A stretch of 64,000 bases of DNA from an uncultured virus (IMG/VR IMGVR_UViG_3300025168_000060) (taxonomy: Duplodnaviria > Heunggongvirae > Uroviricota > Caudoviricetes): the IMG/VR virus record IMGVR_UViG_3300025168_000060. One strand, 5' to 3'. The notes under the pieces were generated by a model. It was not told the origin of the DNA and did not search any database. It worked only from the letters and a program-made list of their open reading frames with translations. The position numbers and the translations under genes are program-made. Positions 30,701-39,401 of this stretch are shown here, piece by piece; the first letter of the stretch is position 1, and each line of letters begins with the position of its first letter.

Positions 30701-30985
30701 GAGAACATTGTTAACATTCCAAGTCCAATGGACTTGTTAAGTAAAATTAACGGTGTATTATTTGACTGGAAACAATCATACATAGATGAAAAAGGTGGCG
30801 AAGACGGATACTTTGTAAGAAGAAATGACGTTGGAGTTATCGCACAAGAAGTAGAAAAAGTTATGCCTGAAATCGTTGCAACAAGAAAAGACGGTATCAA
30901 GGCAGTTAAATATGATAGACTTACTGCTCTTCTTATTGAAGCAGTAAAAGATTTACAAGACCAAATAACAGAATTGAAAAAATAA
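27788..30985 (+). CDS. Tail fibre protein with Mtd-like N-terminus and S74 chaperone (1065 aa)
   Basis: LQLRRGT...GEVSVDTDKDTLRVHDGSTAGG; shared modules; SSDIALKENI...GVIAQEVEKVMPEIV. Confidence 0.85.
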   Translation: MPTALQLRRGTTSQNNSFTGVVGEVSVDTDKDTLRVHDGSTAGGFEIVSLTATQTLTNKTLTSPIIASAAFSGASFTFEGATDDSFETTLTATDPTADRTVTIPNATTTLVGTDTTDTLTNKTLTSPVISTITGGGITLDSSVDIVLDADGANVTLKDAGTTVLDFVLNGTTDVTLDAPGDLILDADGGDVFVKDAGTTYGSLTNTGGNLIIKSGTTTAATFSGANVTLAGTVASGAITSSSTVTATQAILSNASPLVFEGATADSFETTIAVTDPTADRTITIPNATDTLVGKATTDTLTNKTLTTPTIAQINSGGNFTLDAATDIILDADGGDVFLKDAGTTYGSLTNTGGNLIIKSGTTTAMTMSGANVTIAGNLTVSGSTTTVDSSTVNLQTGFVFEGSTADSFETTLVATDPTADRTVTIPDLTGTVSLITATETLTNKTLTTPVIAEIDSGSTITLDATTDIILDADGDNITLKAGGTTALDFVLNGATDITLDAPGDIKIDADGGDIFFLDAGTTYGSATNNSGNLIIKSGTTTAATFTGANVVLAGTVGSGAITSSSTVTATGAVLSGSVVFEGSTADSFETTLGVIDPTADRAVNVANVAGTLQPFAAASTDAITATPAELNLIDGGTARGTTAIADGDGVLINDGGTMRMTTVQTLAAYLDDEITAMPNLVSTGALDSGSITSGFGTINNGSSTITTTGALSAGAITAGGHVSLGQNYSVIFEGSTNDSFETTLGVVDPTADRAINLANVAGTLQPFAAASTDAISTTPAELNLIDGGTARGTTAVASGDGILINDGGTMRMTNVDTVSTYFAGHSVGGANIVTTGALNSGTITSGFGNIDNGSSTLDTGALTATTIGGTTGTFSTGLETKNAATSAGFVKFFEDSDNGTNAVTLIGPASTGDITVTLPTQAGTVVVSNTTDGNDVQLDSLGLNTAASGTAGELRATNDITAFYSSDIALKENIVNIPSPMDLLSKINGVLFDWKQSYIDEKGGEDGYFVRRNDVGVIAQEVEKVMPEIVATRKDGIKAVKYDRLTALLIEAVKDLQDQITELKK

Positions 30986-30997
30986 GGAAACATTACA

Positions 30998-31876
30998 ATG
31001 GCAACACCTAACGCTCAGATAGCATTATCCCAAGTCAATGAAGAATTAGGAACATCTCCTACTGCCACTCAGGTTAATATGGGTGCTTCAGCAGTAAGAG
31101 CTCTTGCAGGAATACCTTCAGGTGCAATTGCAATGAGTGACTTACAACAGAAAACAAACGAATATACTTACACATATATGGTTGTTGCAGGAGGTGGGTC
31201 TGGTGGTGAAAACCAAGGTGCTGGAGGTGGTGCAGGCGGATTTATTACGGCTTCAATCACTAGTGCACCAGGTATCCCATATACAACAACAGTAGGTGCA
31301 GGTGCGGCACCAGGAACTGGGTTTGCAGCTCCAGGACAAAATGGTGGTAACGGTGCATTTGGAAACATACCAACTACAGGCGGCGGAGGCGGCGGTTCAG
31401 AGAACGGTGGGTCAGGTCGTGCAGGAGGTTCAGGTGGCGGAGGACGTCAAGGTGCTTCAGGTGGTTCTGGTATTTCAGGTCAAGGTAATTCAGGTGGTCA
31501 AGGCGACGGCTCTGGTAACGGTGCAGGTGGCGGAGGCGCTAACACAGCAGGTGGTGCATTAAACGGTGGTAGTGGTAAAACATACCCTGGTGATGGTATT
31601 GTCTATGCAGGTGGTGGCGGCGGAGGTAGAAATGGTACATCAGGAGGTCCCGGAGGTGGGGGTAATGGTGGTACAACATCTGCTCAATCAGGTACAGCAA
31701 ACAGAGGCGGCGGAGGTGGCGGTGAAAGACAATGGAATGGTGCTGGACAAGGTGGTTCAGGACGTGTCGTTGTAGTTTATCCAGGCACAGCACAAAAAGG
31801 TACAGGTGGTACTGAATCCACACCAGGTGGTAACAGGATGCATGTATTTAATTCATCAGGAACATGGACATCATAA
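30998..31876 (+). CDS. Glycine-rich virion/fibre-associated protein
   Basis: IALSQVNEELG, IPSGAIAMSD, YMVVAGGGSGG, many GGxGG repeats, HVFNSSGTW. Confidence 0.8.
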   Translation: MATPNAQIALSQVNEELGTSPTATQVNMGASAVRALAGIPSGAIAMSDLQQKTNEYTYTYMVVAGGGSGGENQGAGGGAGGFITASITSAPGIPYTTTVGAGAAPGTGFAAPGQNGGNGAFGNIPTTGGGGGGSENGGSGRAGGSGGGGRQGASGGSGISGQGNSGGQGDGSGNGAGGGGANTAGGALNGGSGKTYPGDGIVYAGGGGGGRNGTSGGPGGGGNGGTTSAQSGTANRGGGGGGERQWNGAGQGGSGRVVVVYPGTAQKGTGGTESTPGGNRMHVFNSSGTWTS

Positions 31877-31877
31877 T

Positions 31878-32438
31878 ATGGCACACTTTGCAGAATTAGA
31901 CGCAACAAACAAAGTTATAAGAATAGTCGTAGTAGATAACAGTAATGTATCTGAGAATATGGCATTAGACGGAGAACAATGGTGTGAAAACAACGTTGAT
32001 GAAGACCCGGCAATTTCTTATGTAGGTGGTAAATATCCAGGCGTTGCATGGAAACAAACATCTTATAATAATAATTTTAGAAAAAGATATGCCGCTATTG
32101 GTGGTCATTTTGTTGACGATAGTGGTGAAGGATACTTTACAGCACCAAAACAATTTGATGACTGGGTACTAAACACGACAGACGGAGCATATTATCCTCC
32201 TGTTGCAATGCCACCAGATAATAAACAAACATATGCTGCTGACAGTAAAACGTGGCATTATAATATAGAATACGACCAAACAAATAAACAATGGATATGT
32301 TATGAAGTATTTGGTGCTTCAGGTGCATACTTTAGAACTCAGGTAAATGCTGATGATAGTTTAACAGACGTTGCCGTATCTAGTCCTACATCAAGTCAAA
32401 TCGCAAAGAAAGTTTGGGACGGCACAGACTGGTCTTAA
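31878..32438 (+). CDS. Conserved phage protein starting MAHFAEL, partner of the Gly-rich protein
   Basis: ATG 1 nt after the upstream stop; WKQTSYNNNFRKRYAAIG, FTAPK, PPVAMP. Confidence 0.75.
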   Translation: MAHFAELDATNKVIRIVVVDNSNVSENMALDGEQWCENNVDEDPAISYVGGKYPGVAWKQTSYNNNFRKRYAAIGGHFVDDSGEGYFTAPKQFDDWVLNTTDGAYYPPVAMPPDNKQTYAADSKTWHYNIEYDQTNKQWICYEVFGASGAYFRTQVNADDSLTDVAVSSPTSSQIAKKVWDGTDWS

Positions 32439-33055
32439 AGATAATTCAACGCTGACTTAGGTATTCCTATAAAAGGTCTTCCATCATAACGATTATATTC
32501 TGCTTCTGGTTCTGAAGCGTCATTGTAATGTAAAAATACTTGACCACATGTTTCGCCATAGAAGGCGTCACGCCAATGTTCTAACTCACAACCTTTATAC
32601 ATTAAACAATCACCAGGTTCTAACATTACTTTAATGCCAGGTTTGCCTTCTTCACCAGATGGTTCTACAAATATTGGCCATTCATCACCACCTAAATTCA
32701 TTGTAGCACTTACAGCACATGATGGTCTATCTTTGTGTCTATGTAATATATCGCCATGTTTATATAAACGAGTATAAGTATATGTTTCAATTAATCTCAT
32801 ATCTATGGCAGTTTCTAACTTAGGTTTTACATGTTGTAATAATGTTGCCATTAATACATCATCATAGTTTGCCCATGTATCAGGTATTTGTGGGTCACCT
32901 AATACACCCCAATGGTCATTGTAAGGTGAGATTTGCCTTGTATCAAACATTAGTTTTGTAATTCTTCTTTTATTTAAAAGATACTTGTAAGAAATCTCAG
33001 CGATTTCAGGTGTGATAGTATTTTTTATTACTTGATAATTATTTTCTTTAAACAT
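32435..33055 (-). CDS. 2OG-Fe(II) oxygenase
   Basis: TYTYTRLY, LHRHKDRPSC, EPGDCLMYKGCELEHWR, QVFLHY; GAGG RBS before ATG 33055. Confidence 0.85.
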   Translation of the reverse strand: MFKENNYQVIKNTITPEIAEISYKYLLNKRRITKLMFDTRQISPYNDHWGVLGDPQIPDTWANYDDVLMATLLQHVKPKLETAIDMRLIETYTYTRLYKHGDILHRHKDRPSCAVSATMNLGGDEWPIFVEPSGEEGKPGIKVMLEPGDCLMYKGCELEHWRDAFYGETCGQVFLHYNDASEPEAEYNRYDGRPFIGIPKSALNYL

Positions 33056-33062
33056 TATATCC

Positions 33063-33533
33063 TCAATCAATAAAGTAAGTTAAAGTCATTCTTGCATTGT
33101 GTATATTATCACCATAAAATCCTTCTGGACTATGTGGAATACTTGAAGAATAATTTATAAATCTATTATACTTATTTTCTATTATTGTTTTTTTCTCATT
33201 AATATATAGTATTGTTCCAGAGTTTGATTGTGGATTATTATGTAGATAAATTAAACCGGCAGTAGTATGGTCATCTGTGTGAATACAATTTTCATCTAAC
33301 TGTACGTCAGCTGTTTGATAGGCAAACCATAGATATATTTTACCACTTGATAGGCCACAGTATTCTAGTATCTGCCTAGAGATATCATCATAGATACTAT
33401 CTGGTACATCTGCTCTCATACCTCTAAAGTATGACGTACCTGTATTACTATACCAATTCTGTTCTAATGCAATCTGACGAATGCCAGGAGCATCATCAAA
33501 GAAATTATCTGCCGTGTTGATTTCTTTGTGCAT
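33063..33533 (-). CDS. 2OG-Fe(II) oxygenase-like (DUF6445-type)
   Basis: DNFFDD, IHTD, GLIYL, KYNR, PHS, RMTLTYF. Confidence 0.75.
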   Translation of the reverse strand: MHKEINTADNFFDDAPGIRQIALEQNWYSNTGTSYFRGMRADVPDSIYDDISRQILEYCGLSSGKIYLWFAYQTADVQLDENCIHTDDHTTAGLIYLHNNPQSNSGTILYINEKKTIIENKYNRFINYSSSIPHSPEGFYGDNIHNARMTLTYFID

Positions 33534-34140
33534 TGTTTTTAAACGTCTCACCTTCCGCTCTTGTAAGTGTTGGTGTTTTGTCGTTTTCATCTAACCAACT
33601 ATACCAACCTGTAATAATATATTTGTCTTCCGTCATAGACTTAATGCCATGATGTGCATGTGTCCATTGTGCAGGCCATATCATTGTAAGACCTTTGAGT
33701 GGTGCTTTTCTATATTTTTGATACCAAAATTCTGTATGTCCTTCGTCAGTTACCGTATTGAGAAAAGTCATAAAGGCTAAATGTCTTTTTCTACACACTA
33801 TGTTACCATTATTCTCATAATGCCATTGTGGGTAACCTTGACCTGGTGCATAGTGTTGAAGACTAATTTTTTCAGATATACTAAATTCTTCCTGGTTTTC
33901 ATCTGACCAACGATATGTTCTCATATATTCCTCTAAACATCTTTGTAATATACCAACATATTTTTTGATTGTATCATTTTCATCTGCCCAATAATCTGTA
34001 TCAGTAGATGATTTTACATCAGGTTTTATTTCACCGTCACCTACTCTACCTGGTCCTTTATTTGGGTTGTTGTTATGTAAATGAATTAATTCGTCACATG
34101 TGCCAGGGTCAATGGCATAATTGCCTATAAATGTTGTCAT
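33505..34140 (-). CDS. 2OG-Fe(II) oxygenase (prolyl-hydroxylase-like)
   Basis: QHYAPGQGYPQWHYE, AFMTFLN, WPAQWTHAHHG, KYIITGW. Confidence 0.88.
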   Translation of the reverse strand: MTTFIGNYAIDPGTCDELIHLHNNNPNKGPGRVGDGEIKPDVKSSTDTDYWADENDTIKKYVGILQRCLEEYMRTYRWSDENQEEFSISEKISLQHYAPGQGYPQWHYENNGNIVCRKRHLAFMTFLNTVTDEGHTEFWYQKYRKAPLKGLTMIWPAQWTHAHHGIKSMTEDKYIITGWYSWLDENDKTPTLTRAEGETFKNNAQRNQHGR

Positions 34141-34700
34141 ACTATTTTAAACTCCTTCATATCTGTTATAATATAATTGCCTGCTACACTATATCTTTCT
34201 TCATGTGTTTTCAGTATCTTATGTGGTGTGTTAGATAGAAATATTAATAAACTACCTTGTTCAACTGGCATATTAAAACTTGTCATGTTGAATATATTAT
34301 ATCCTTTGACATGTGGTCTTAATCCGTCATTTGGCCAATTTTGAAACTGACAACTTTCTCCTTTATTTATATACAGTACAAAACTATATGTTGCGTTATT
34401 GTGTATATGTACTTCACCTTCCGTGTTAGGTTCATATTTTGTTGACCAAGACCTAGTAAGTTTTATTGGTGTGTCAAACACCATTACATTATCGTTAAAT
34501 GCTTGTACTTCTTTTTCTACTTGATTTTTTATATATGAAAATTTATCAAGTAAATGTTCATCAACAGATTGATAACCAAATTCTATTTTACGATATTCTG
34601 TTTTCTTAACCCAATCTATAAAATCTTCCGTTAAATGTATCTTTGTAAATCCTAAAGGTTTACTGAATAATGGTTGTATTTTCAATTCTTGCGAGTTCAC
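34137..34700 (-). CDS. 2OG-Fe(II) oxygenase (TIGR02466-like)
   Basis: PLFSKP, SWST, HIH, SFVLY, GSLLIF..PH, RYSVAGN. Confidence 0.8.
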   Translation of the reverse strand: MNSQELKIQPLFSKPLGFTKIHLTEDFIDWVKKTEYRKIEFGYQSVDEHLLDKFSYIKNQVEKEVQAFNDNVMVFDTPIKLTRSWSTKYEPNTEGEVHIHNNATYSFVLYINKGESCQFQNWPNDGLRPHVKGYNIFNMTSFNMPVEQGSLLIFLSNTPHKILKTHEERYSVAGNYIITDMKEFKIV

Positions 34701-35217
34701 TATCTAATATTCCTTTCATCTCAACATTAAATGATATAATAATCTTTTCTTTATCTAGTAACATTTCTGGTGCTCTATGTAGTGTGTGACTAGGAAACAT
34801 AACAATATCTCCTTCATCTGCCTTAATAGGAAACACACCCAACTCTCTATCATATATTTGTGTTTTTGGTGTGCCTTCAGGTAGATTAACATAATAAACA
34901 CCTGTGAAGTTTCTACCATGTATGTGCCAACCATGTGTTGAATTTTGCACATAAGATTGAAACCATATTTCAAACAATTCGTAGTTTGCATAACCGGCAG
35001 CCTGTACCATATTCAACAAGTGAGGTTCAAAGTAAGGTAGAAAAAATTTTAGCCAAGGTCTTTCATAGTCATTTGATATATCCCAATCCGTCTTTGTAAT
35101 ATTATCATTATAGTATTTGTCATTACTTTGTTTGGGTTCTGCCCAGCCATCATGTACTGCTTGTATTAATTCTTTTTTGATTTTATTGTGATTAAGAAAT
35201 TTTTGTTTTATTATCAT
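34660..35217 (-). CDS. 2OG-Fe(II) oxygenase
   Basis: WFQSY, HGWHIH, TGVYY, EGDIVMFPSHTLHRA, ISFN; ATGA coupling. Confidence 0.82.
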   Translation of the reverse strand: MIIKQKFLNHNKIKKELIQAVHDGWAEPKQSNDKYYNDNITKTDWDISNDYERPWLKFFLPYFEPHLLNMVQAAGYANYELFEIWFQSYVQNSTHGWHIHGRNFTGVYYVNLPEGTPKTQIYDRELGVFPIKADEGDIVMFPSHTLHRAPEMLLDKEKIIISFNVEMKGILDSELARIENTTIIQ

Positions 35218-35813
35218 TTGTATGGGTATCCTAAGTTCCAAATTACTAACGAGTGTCTTATACCTTTTGTAACAGGCGTTACTCTATGCTTAACAAAAGA
35301 AGGAAATACACAAATAGACCCTCTTTGCCTTATCTCATCTACTTTAAATATGCCATTAGGTGTTTCAAACTCTAAGTCACCACCTTCATATTCATCAGAA
35401 TGTGATAGTTGTAATGTACAGGATAACTTTCTTATCTTGCCTTGATATGCCTCATTTTGATTGTCAAAAGGTTTTACATCTTGGTCTTCATGCCAATGAT
35501 AGTATTGATTGAGTTTATACCTGGTAAATTGTGCAGGTTCTGAATAGTCCCATTCAAAGTTCCAACCAGCATTTGTATTTGCTTGATGTATGAGAGGGTG
35601 TAATTCATTATAGACCCACGGCTCTGATATCCAAGATACATTACTGTTTCTATGTACTTTGATTTCTTCTTTTTTACCCTCTGCCTCTTTAGCAGATATC
35701 TGACCTGTTGTAGCAAAATCTTCTTGGAGGGACTTACCAAACTGTACAATTTCGTCACATATCTTTGGTGGTATCGCTGATGTAAAATAATAATAATAGT
35801 TTTCCAATATCAT
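35214..35813 (-). CDS. 2OG-Fe(II) oxygenase (PKHD-type hydroxylase-like)
   Basis: QFTRY, YHWHED, RKLSCTLQLS, YEGGDLEF, VFPSFVKHRVTPVTKGIRHSLVIW. Confidence 0.9.
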   Translation of the reverse strand: MILENYYYYFTSAIPPKICDEIVQFGKSLQEDFATTGQISAKEAEGKKEEIKVHRNSNVSWISEPWVYNELHPLIHQANTNAGWNFEWDYSEPAQFTRYKLNQYYHWHEDQDVKPFDNQNEAYQGKIRKLSCTLQLSHSDEYEGGDLEFETPNGIFKVDEIRQRGSICVFPSFVKHRVTPVTKGIRHSLVIWNLGYPYK

Positions 35814-35818
35814 ATAGG

Positions 35819-35837
35819 TATATATAATGCATAAATA
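35819..35837. promoter_or_regulatory. Back-to-back late-type promoters, each 5 nt from a start codon
   Basis: Minus: TATATATA-CCTAT-ATG(35813); plus: CATAAATA-GTATC-ATG(35843). Confidence 0.6.
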
Positions 35838-35842
35838 GTATC

Positions 35843-36670
35843 ATGGCACAGAATAATCCAATTACAAGTAGAGAGACGTTAAAACAGTATTGTCTAAGGT
35901 CCTTAGGTAAACCTGTTATAGAAATCAATGTAGAAGATGACCAAGTAGAAGATAGAATTGATGAAGCATTGCAATACTTCGCACAATATCACTATGATGG
36001 TACAGAAAGAATGTATCTTAAATACCAGATTACAGCAGATGATAAAACAAGGGCAGTAGCAAACGAAACTCTATCTACAGTAACAGATAGTGCTGATAGT
36101 ACAGTAACAGCAGTATGGCGTGAAGGTAAAAATTATATACCCATGCCATCTAATGTTATGTCTGTGGTACAAGTCTTTCCTTTTACAGATAAGGCCGCAT
36201 TAAATTTATTTGATGTACGATATCAATTAAGATTAAATGATTTGTATGATTTTTCATCAACAAGTATAGTACATTACGATATGACGTTGAGACATTTAGA
36301 TATGTTAGACCATATACTTACAGGTGAAAGACCTATAAGATACAATGCACACAAAAACAGATTGTATATAGACATGGACTGGAACCATGATGTGGATGCA
36401 GGTGATTACCTCATCATAGAATGTTTTAGAAAACTAGATGGTTCTTCCTTTACAGACGTTTTTGATGACATATTTTTAAAGAAGTACCTTACACAGTTAA
36501 TCAAAAGACAATGGGGTGCCAACTTAATTAAGTTTCAAGGTGTTGCAATGTTAGGTGGTGTTGCATTAAATGGCGAACAACTCTATACACAGGCGCAAGA
36601 AGAACTAAACAAACTAGAAGAACAAATACAATTAGCTTACGAATTACCACCGCAATACATGGTAGGATAA
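35843..36670 (+). CDS. gp13: Neck protein gp13
   Basis: LKQYCLRSLGKPVIEINV, YHYDG, LIKRQWGANLIKF. Confidence 0.93.
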   Translation: MAQNNPITSRETLKQYCLRSLGKPVIEINVEDDQVEDRIDEALQYFAQYHYDGTERMYLKYQITADDKTRAVANETLSTVTDSADSTVTAVWREGKNYIPMPSNVMSVVQVFPFTDKAALNLFDVRYQLRLNDLYDFSSTSIVHYDMTLRHLDMLDHILTGERPIRYNAHKNRLYIDMDWNHDVDAGDYLIIECFRKLDGSSFTDVFDDIFLKKYLTQLIKRQWGANLIKFQGVAMLGGVALNGEQLYTQAQEELNKLEEQIQLAYELPPQYMVG

Positions 36671-36674
36671 AAAC

Positions 36675-37547
36675 ATGCGAAATAATTATTTCAGTCATGG
36701 CACACGCTCTGAAAAAAATCTATATGAAGATTTAATTATAGAGCAACTAAAGATATACGGACATGAAGTTCATTATCTGCCAAGAAAAACTGTTACGGAA
36801 GATAAAATATTAGGCGAAGTACCTGATAGTCAGTACACAGAAAATTACATGATTGAAATGTATGTGGAAGACGTAAATGGTTTTGCAGGTTCAGGTGATT
36901 TAGTAGGTAAGTTTGGATTAGAAATAAGAGACGAATTAACTTTTGTGGTCAGCAGACGTACATTTGAAATGCTTGTCGACCAACCATCAAATACAATATC
37001 AATTAATCGTCCTATAGAAGGTGATGTTATATACATGCCTCTATTCAAAAAGTTTTGGCAAGTTGATTTTGTTGAAGATGAGGACCCAATGTATCAAATC
37101 AATGATTTGCCTATCTTCAAACTTAAATGTTCAGTATGGGAATACAGTTCAGAATTAGTTGATACAGGTATTACAGAAATTGATGAGAAACTAGAAAACG
37201 TATCACTAGACTTGTTACTTAATCAGATTACATTAGAGAGTGGTACAACAAGTGCAGGTTCATTAATGGCTGAAGCATCTGACGGTAACATTGAAGCGTT
37301 ATTGACAGAAGCAGGCGCTTACTTAGTAGATGAGGTAGATGGTGATAATATAATTATGGAAGATGACCCTAATTATGTTGACTATATAGTACAAGAGGAT
37401 GCATTAACAGGTAACTTAGCAACGGATTCAAGTGGTGCAAGTAATATAAGTTTTGATGATGAGGCAGGATTAAATGATACTGATTCCTCAAACGATATAT
37501 TTGACTTTAGTGAAAAGAACCCATTTGGTGACCCAAGCGATATATAA
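36675..37547 (+). CDS. gp14: Neck protein gp14
   Basis: YEDLIIEQLKIYG, YLPR, KFGLEIRD, PIEGDVIY, FDFSEKNPFG. Confidence 0.92.
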   Translation: MRNNYFSHGTRSEKNLYEDLIIEQLKIYGHEVHYLPRKTVTEDKILGEVPDSQYTENYMIEMYVEDVNGFAGSGDLVGKFGLEIRDELTFVVSRRTFEMLVDQPSNTISINRPIEGDVIYMPLFKKFWQVDFVEDEDPMYQINDLPIFKLKCSVWEYSSELVDTGITEIDEKLENVSLDLLLNQITLESGTTSAGSLMAEASDGNIEALLTEAGAYLVDEVDGDNIIMEDDPNYVDYIVQEDALTGNLATDSSGASNISFDDEAGLNDTDSSNDIFDFSEKNPFGDPSDI

Positions 37548-37557
37548 AGGATAAATT

Positions 37558-38376
37558 ATGTTTAAAGACGCACAATACCATGAATTGATAAGAAAAACAA
37601 TTGTGGCATTTGGCACATTGTTTAACGATATTTACATCTATCGTAAATCAAGCACAGGTAAAGTAACTCAGAAAATGAAAGTACCTTTAGCATATGGGCC
37701 AAAACAAAAATTTTTAGCAAGAATAGACCAAGATAGTTCAAGGTCAGCAGATAACCCTATTACTACAGCGTTAACTTTACCAAGAATAGGTTTTGAATTA
37801 ACAAGTTTATCTTACGACCCAGCAAGAAAATTAAATAGAGTACAAAAGTTTAAAAAGGTAAAAGGTGCAGACGCTAAGTCAGTACAAAGTTCTTACATGC
37901 CAGTACCTTACAATGTAGGGTTTACTATGTTTACAATGGCAAAAAATAGTGAAGACGCTTTACAAATTGTAGAACAAATATTACCTATGTTTCAACCTGA
38001 CTATACTGTGGCACTCAATGTTATGCCTAACTTAAATATAGTAAGAGACGTACCTATTGTATTAAATGATGTATCTTACGAAGATAGTTATGATGGTGCA
38101 TTTACAGAAAGACGAGTGTTAATGTACACTATGACTTTCACAGCGAAAATGTATTTATACGGACCAGTAACATCAACAGGTGTTATCAAACAAGTACAAG
38201 TAGACCAATACACGGATACAAATACTACTACGGCAAAACGTGAACAAAGATATGTTGTAAAACCAAACCCAACTACGGCCAATGCTGATGATGATTTTGG
38301 ATTTACAGAAACAACTTCTTTCTTCCAAGACGCTGATGAATATGACCCAGATAGCGGTACAGATAAAGAGTCCTAA
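37558..38376 (+). CDS. gp15: Tail sheath stabiliser/terminator gp15
   Basis: IVAFGTLFN, VPLAYGPKQKFLAR, LPRIGFE, QIVEQILP. Confidence 0.93.
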   Translation: MFKDAQYHELIRKTIVAFGTLFNDIYIYRKSSTGKVTQKMKVPLAYGPKQKFLARIDQDSSRSADNPITTALTLPRIGFELTSLSYDPARKLNRVQKFKKVKGADAKSVQSSYMPVPYNVGFTMFTMAKNSEDALQIVEQILPMFQPDYTVALNVMPNLNIVRDVPIVLNDVSYEDSYDGAFTERRVLMYTMTFTAKMYLYGPVTSTGVIKQVQVDQYTDTNTTTAKREQRYVVKPNPTTANADDDFGFTETTSFFQDADEYDPDSGTDKES

Positions 38377-38777
38377 TGAAAAAAGTCGAGGACAAACTAA
38401 ACGAAATCCTTGATATATCTGAAACACTAGAGACAGTAAAACCTACACCAGTTATACCTCGTCCTAAAGAAAAAGAAGATATAGATAGTGATTATAAGTA
38501 TAGCAGAGAAAATCTTTATAGTCTTGTAGAAAGAGGACAAGACGCCATTGATGGTATTGTTAATCTTGCAAAAGAAACAGACCACCCACGTGCCTATGAA
38601 GTTGCAGGTACCTTAATTAAAAACGTAGGTGATGTGACAGAAAAATTATTGATATTACAAGAGAAGATGAAAAAACTAAATGATGAAGTGGTGAAAGGTC
38701 CTAATAAAGTTGAAAATAATTTGTTTGTAGGTTCTACAGCAGAATTACAGAAACTTATAAAAAAGAAAAATGATTAA
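38376..38777 (+). CDS. gp16: Terminase small subunit gp16
   Basis: DYKYSRENL, HPRAYEV, NLFVGSTAELQK. Confidence 0.92.
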   Translation: MKKVEDKLNEILDISETLETVKPTPVIPRPKEKEDIDSDYKYSRENLYSLVERGQDAIDGIVNLAKETDHPRAYEVAGTLIKNVGDVTEKLLILQEKMKKLNDEVVKGPNKVENNLFVGSTAELQKLIKKKND

Positions 38778-39372
38778 TACTTGGATAAATGATACTCACT
38801 TATGGACAACACCTTTATTTAACTTTAACTTTCCTGTTGAACATAAATGGGTGCAATACATAAAAGATAAACAAGACCAGTTAAAAGACAATACACAAAA
38901 TCCAGAAGGTGCATATACAACAAGAACTAACTTATATGAACTCAAAGTTTTTGAACCTTTAGTTTCAACATTTAAAGAAATGAGTTATGCTACATTTGGT
39001 AAAAATTGTGTAGATGTAAAAGTAAGTAACATGTGGGCAAACATATTAAAACGTGGTGACTATCATTTGTTACATACACATAACGAACACACTATGAGTG
39101 GTGCATACTATTTACGAGTACCTGAAAACTCAGGTCAAATATATTTTAGAGACCCAAGACCACAAACAAACTCATGGACAACAAAGTTTATAGACAAAGG
39201 TAATATGAGATTTTATAATGTAGGTGAAGGTGATTTATATTTTTGGCCATCTTTCTTAGACCATGGTACAACACCACATGGTTCTGACGAAGAAAGAATT
39301 GTAATATCTTTTGATTTAGATTATTCAGGACCTGATTATAAGTTTGGAGATAATGGATACAATGGCGAATAA
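38770..39372 (+). CDS. 2OG-Fe(II) oxygenase (TIGR02466-like) between the terminase genes
   Basis: MWANI, HTH, SGAYY, FRDPRP, FWPSFLDH, RIVISF. Confidence 0.85.
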   Translation: MINTWINDTHLWTTPLFNFNFPVEHKWVQYIKDKQDQLKDNTQNPEGAYTTRTNLYELKVFEPLVSTFKEMSYATFGKNCVDVKVSNMWANILKRGDYHLLHTHNEHTMSGAYYLRVPENSGQIYFRDPRPQTNSWTTKFIDKGNMRFYNVGEGDLYFWPSFLDHGTTPHGSDEERIVISFDLDYSGPDYKFGDNGYNGE

Positions 39373-39401
39373 AATAAACGAAGACTATGAAAGGTTAATA
39401 C

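Noticed and set aside
20311..30985. Recurring ~30-nt DNA repeats as a possible CRISPR array
   Set aside because: They are in-frame coding modules with irregular long spacing and synonymous variation; no cas genes
27788..30985. Diversity-generating retroelement suggested by the Mtd-like N-terminus and duplicated fibre tips
   Set aside because: No reverse transcriptase in the window, both copies are coding, and the differences are not adenine-specific
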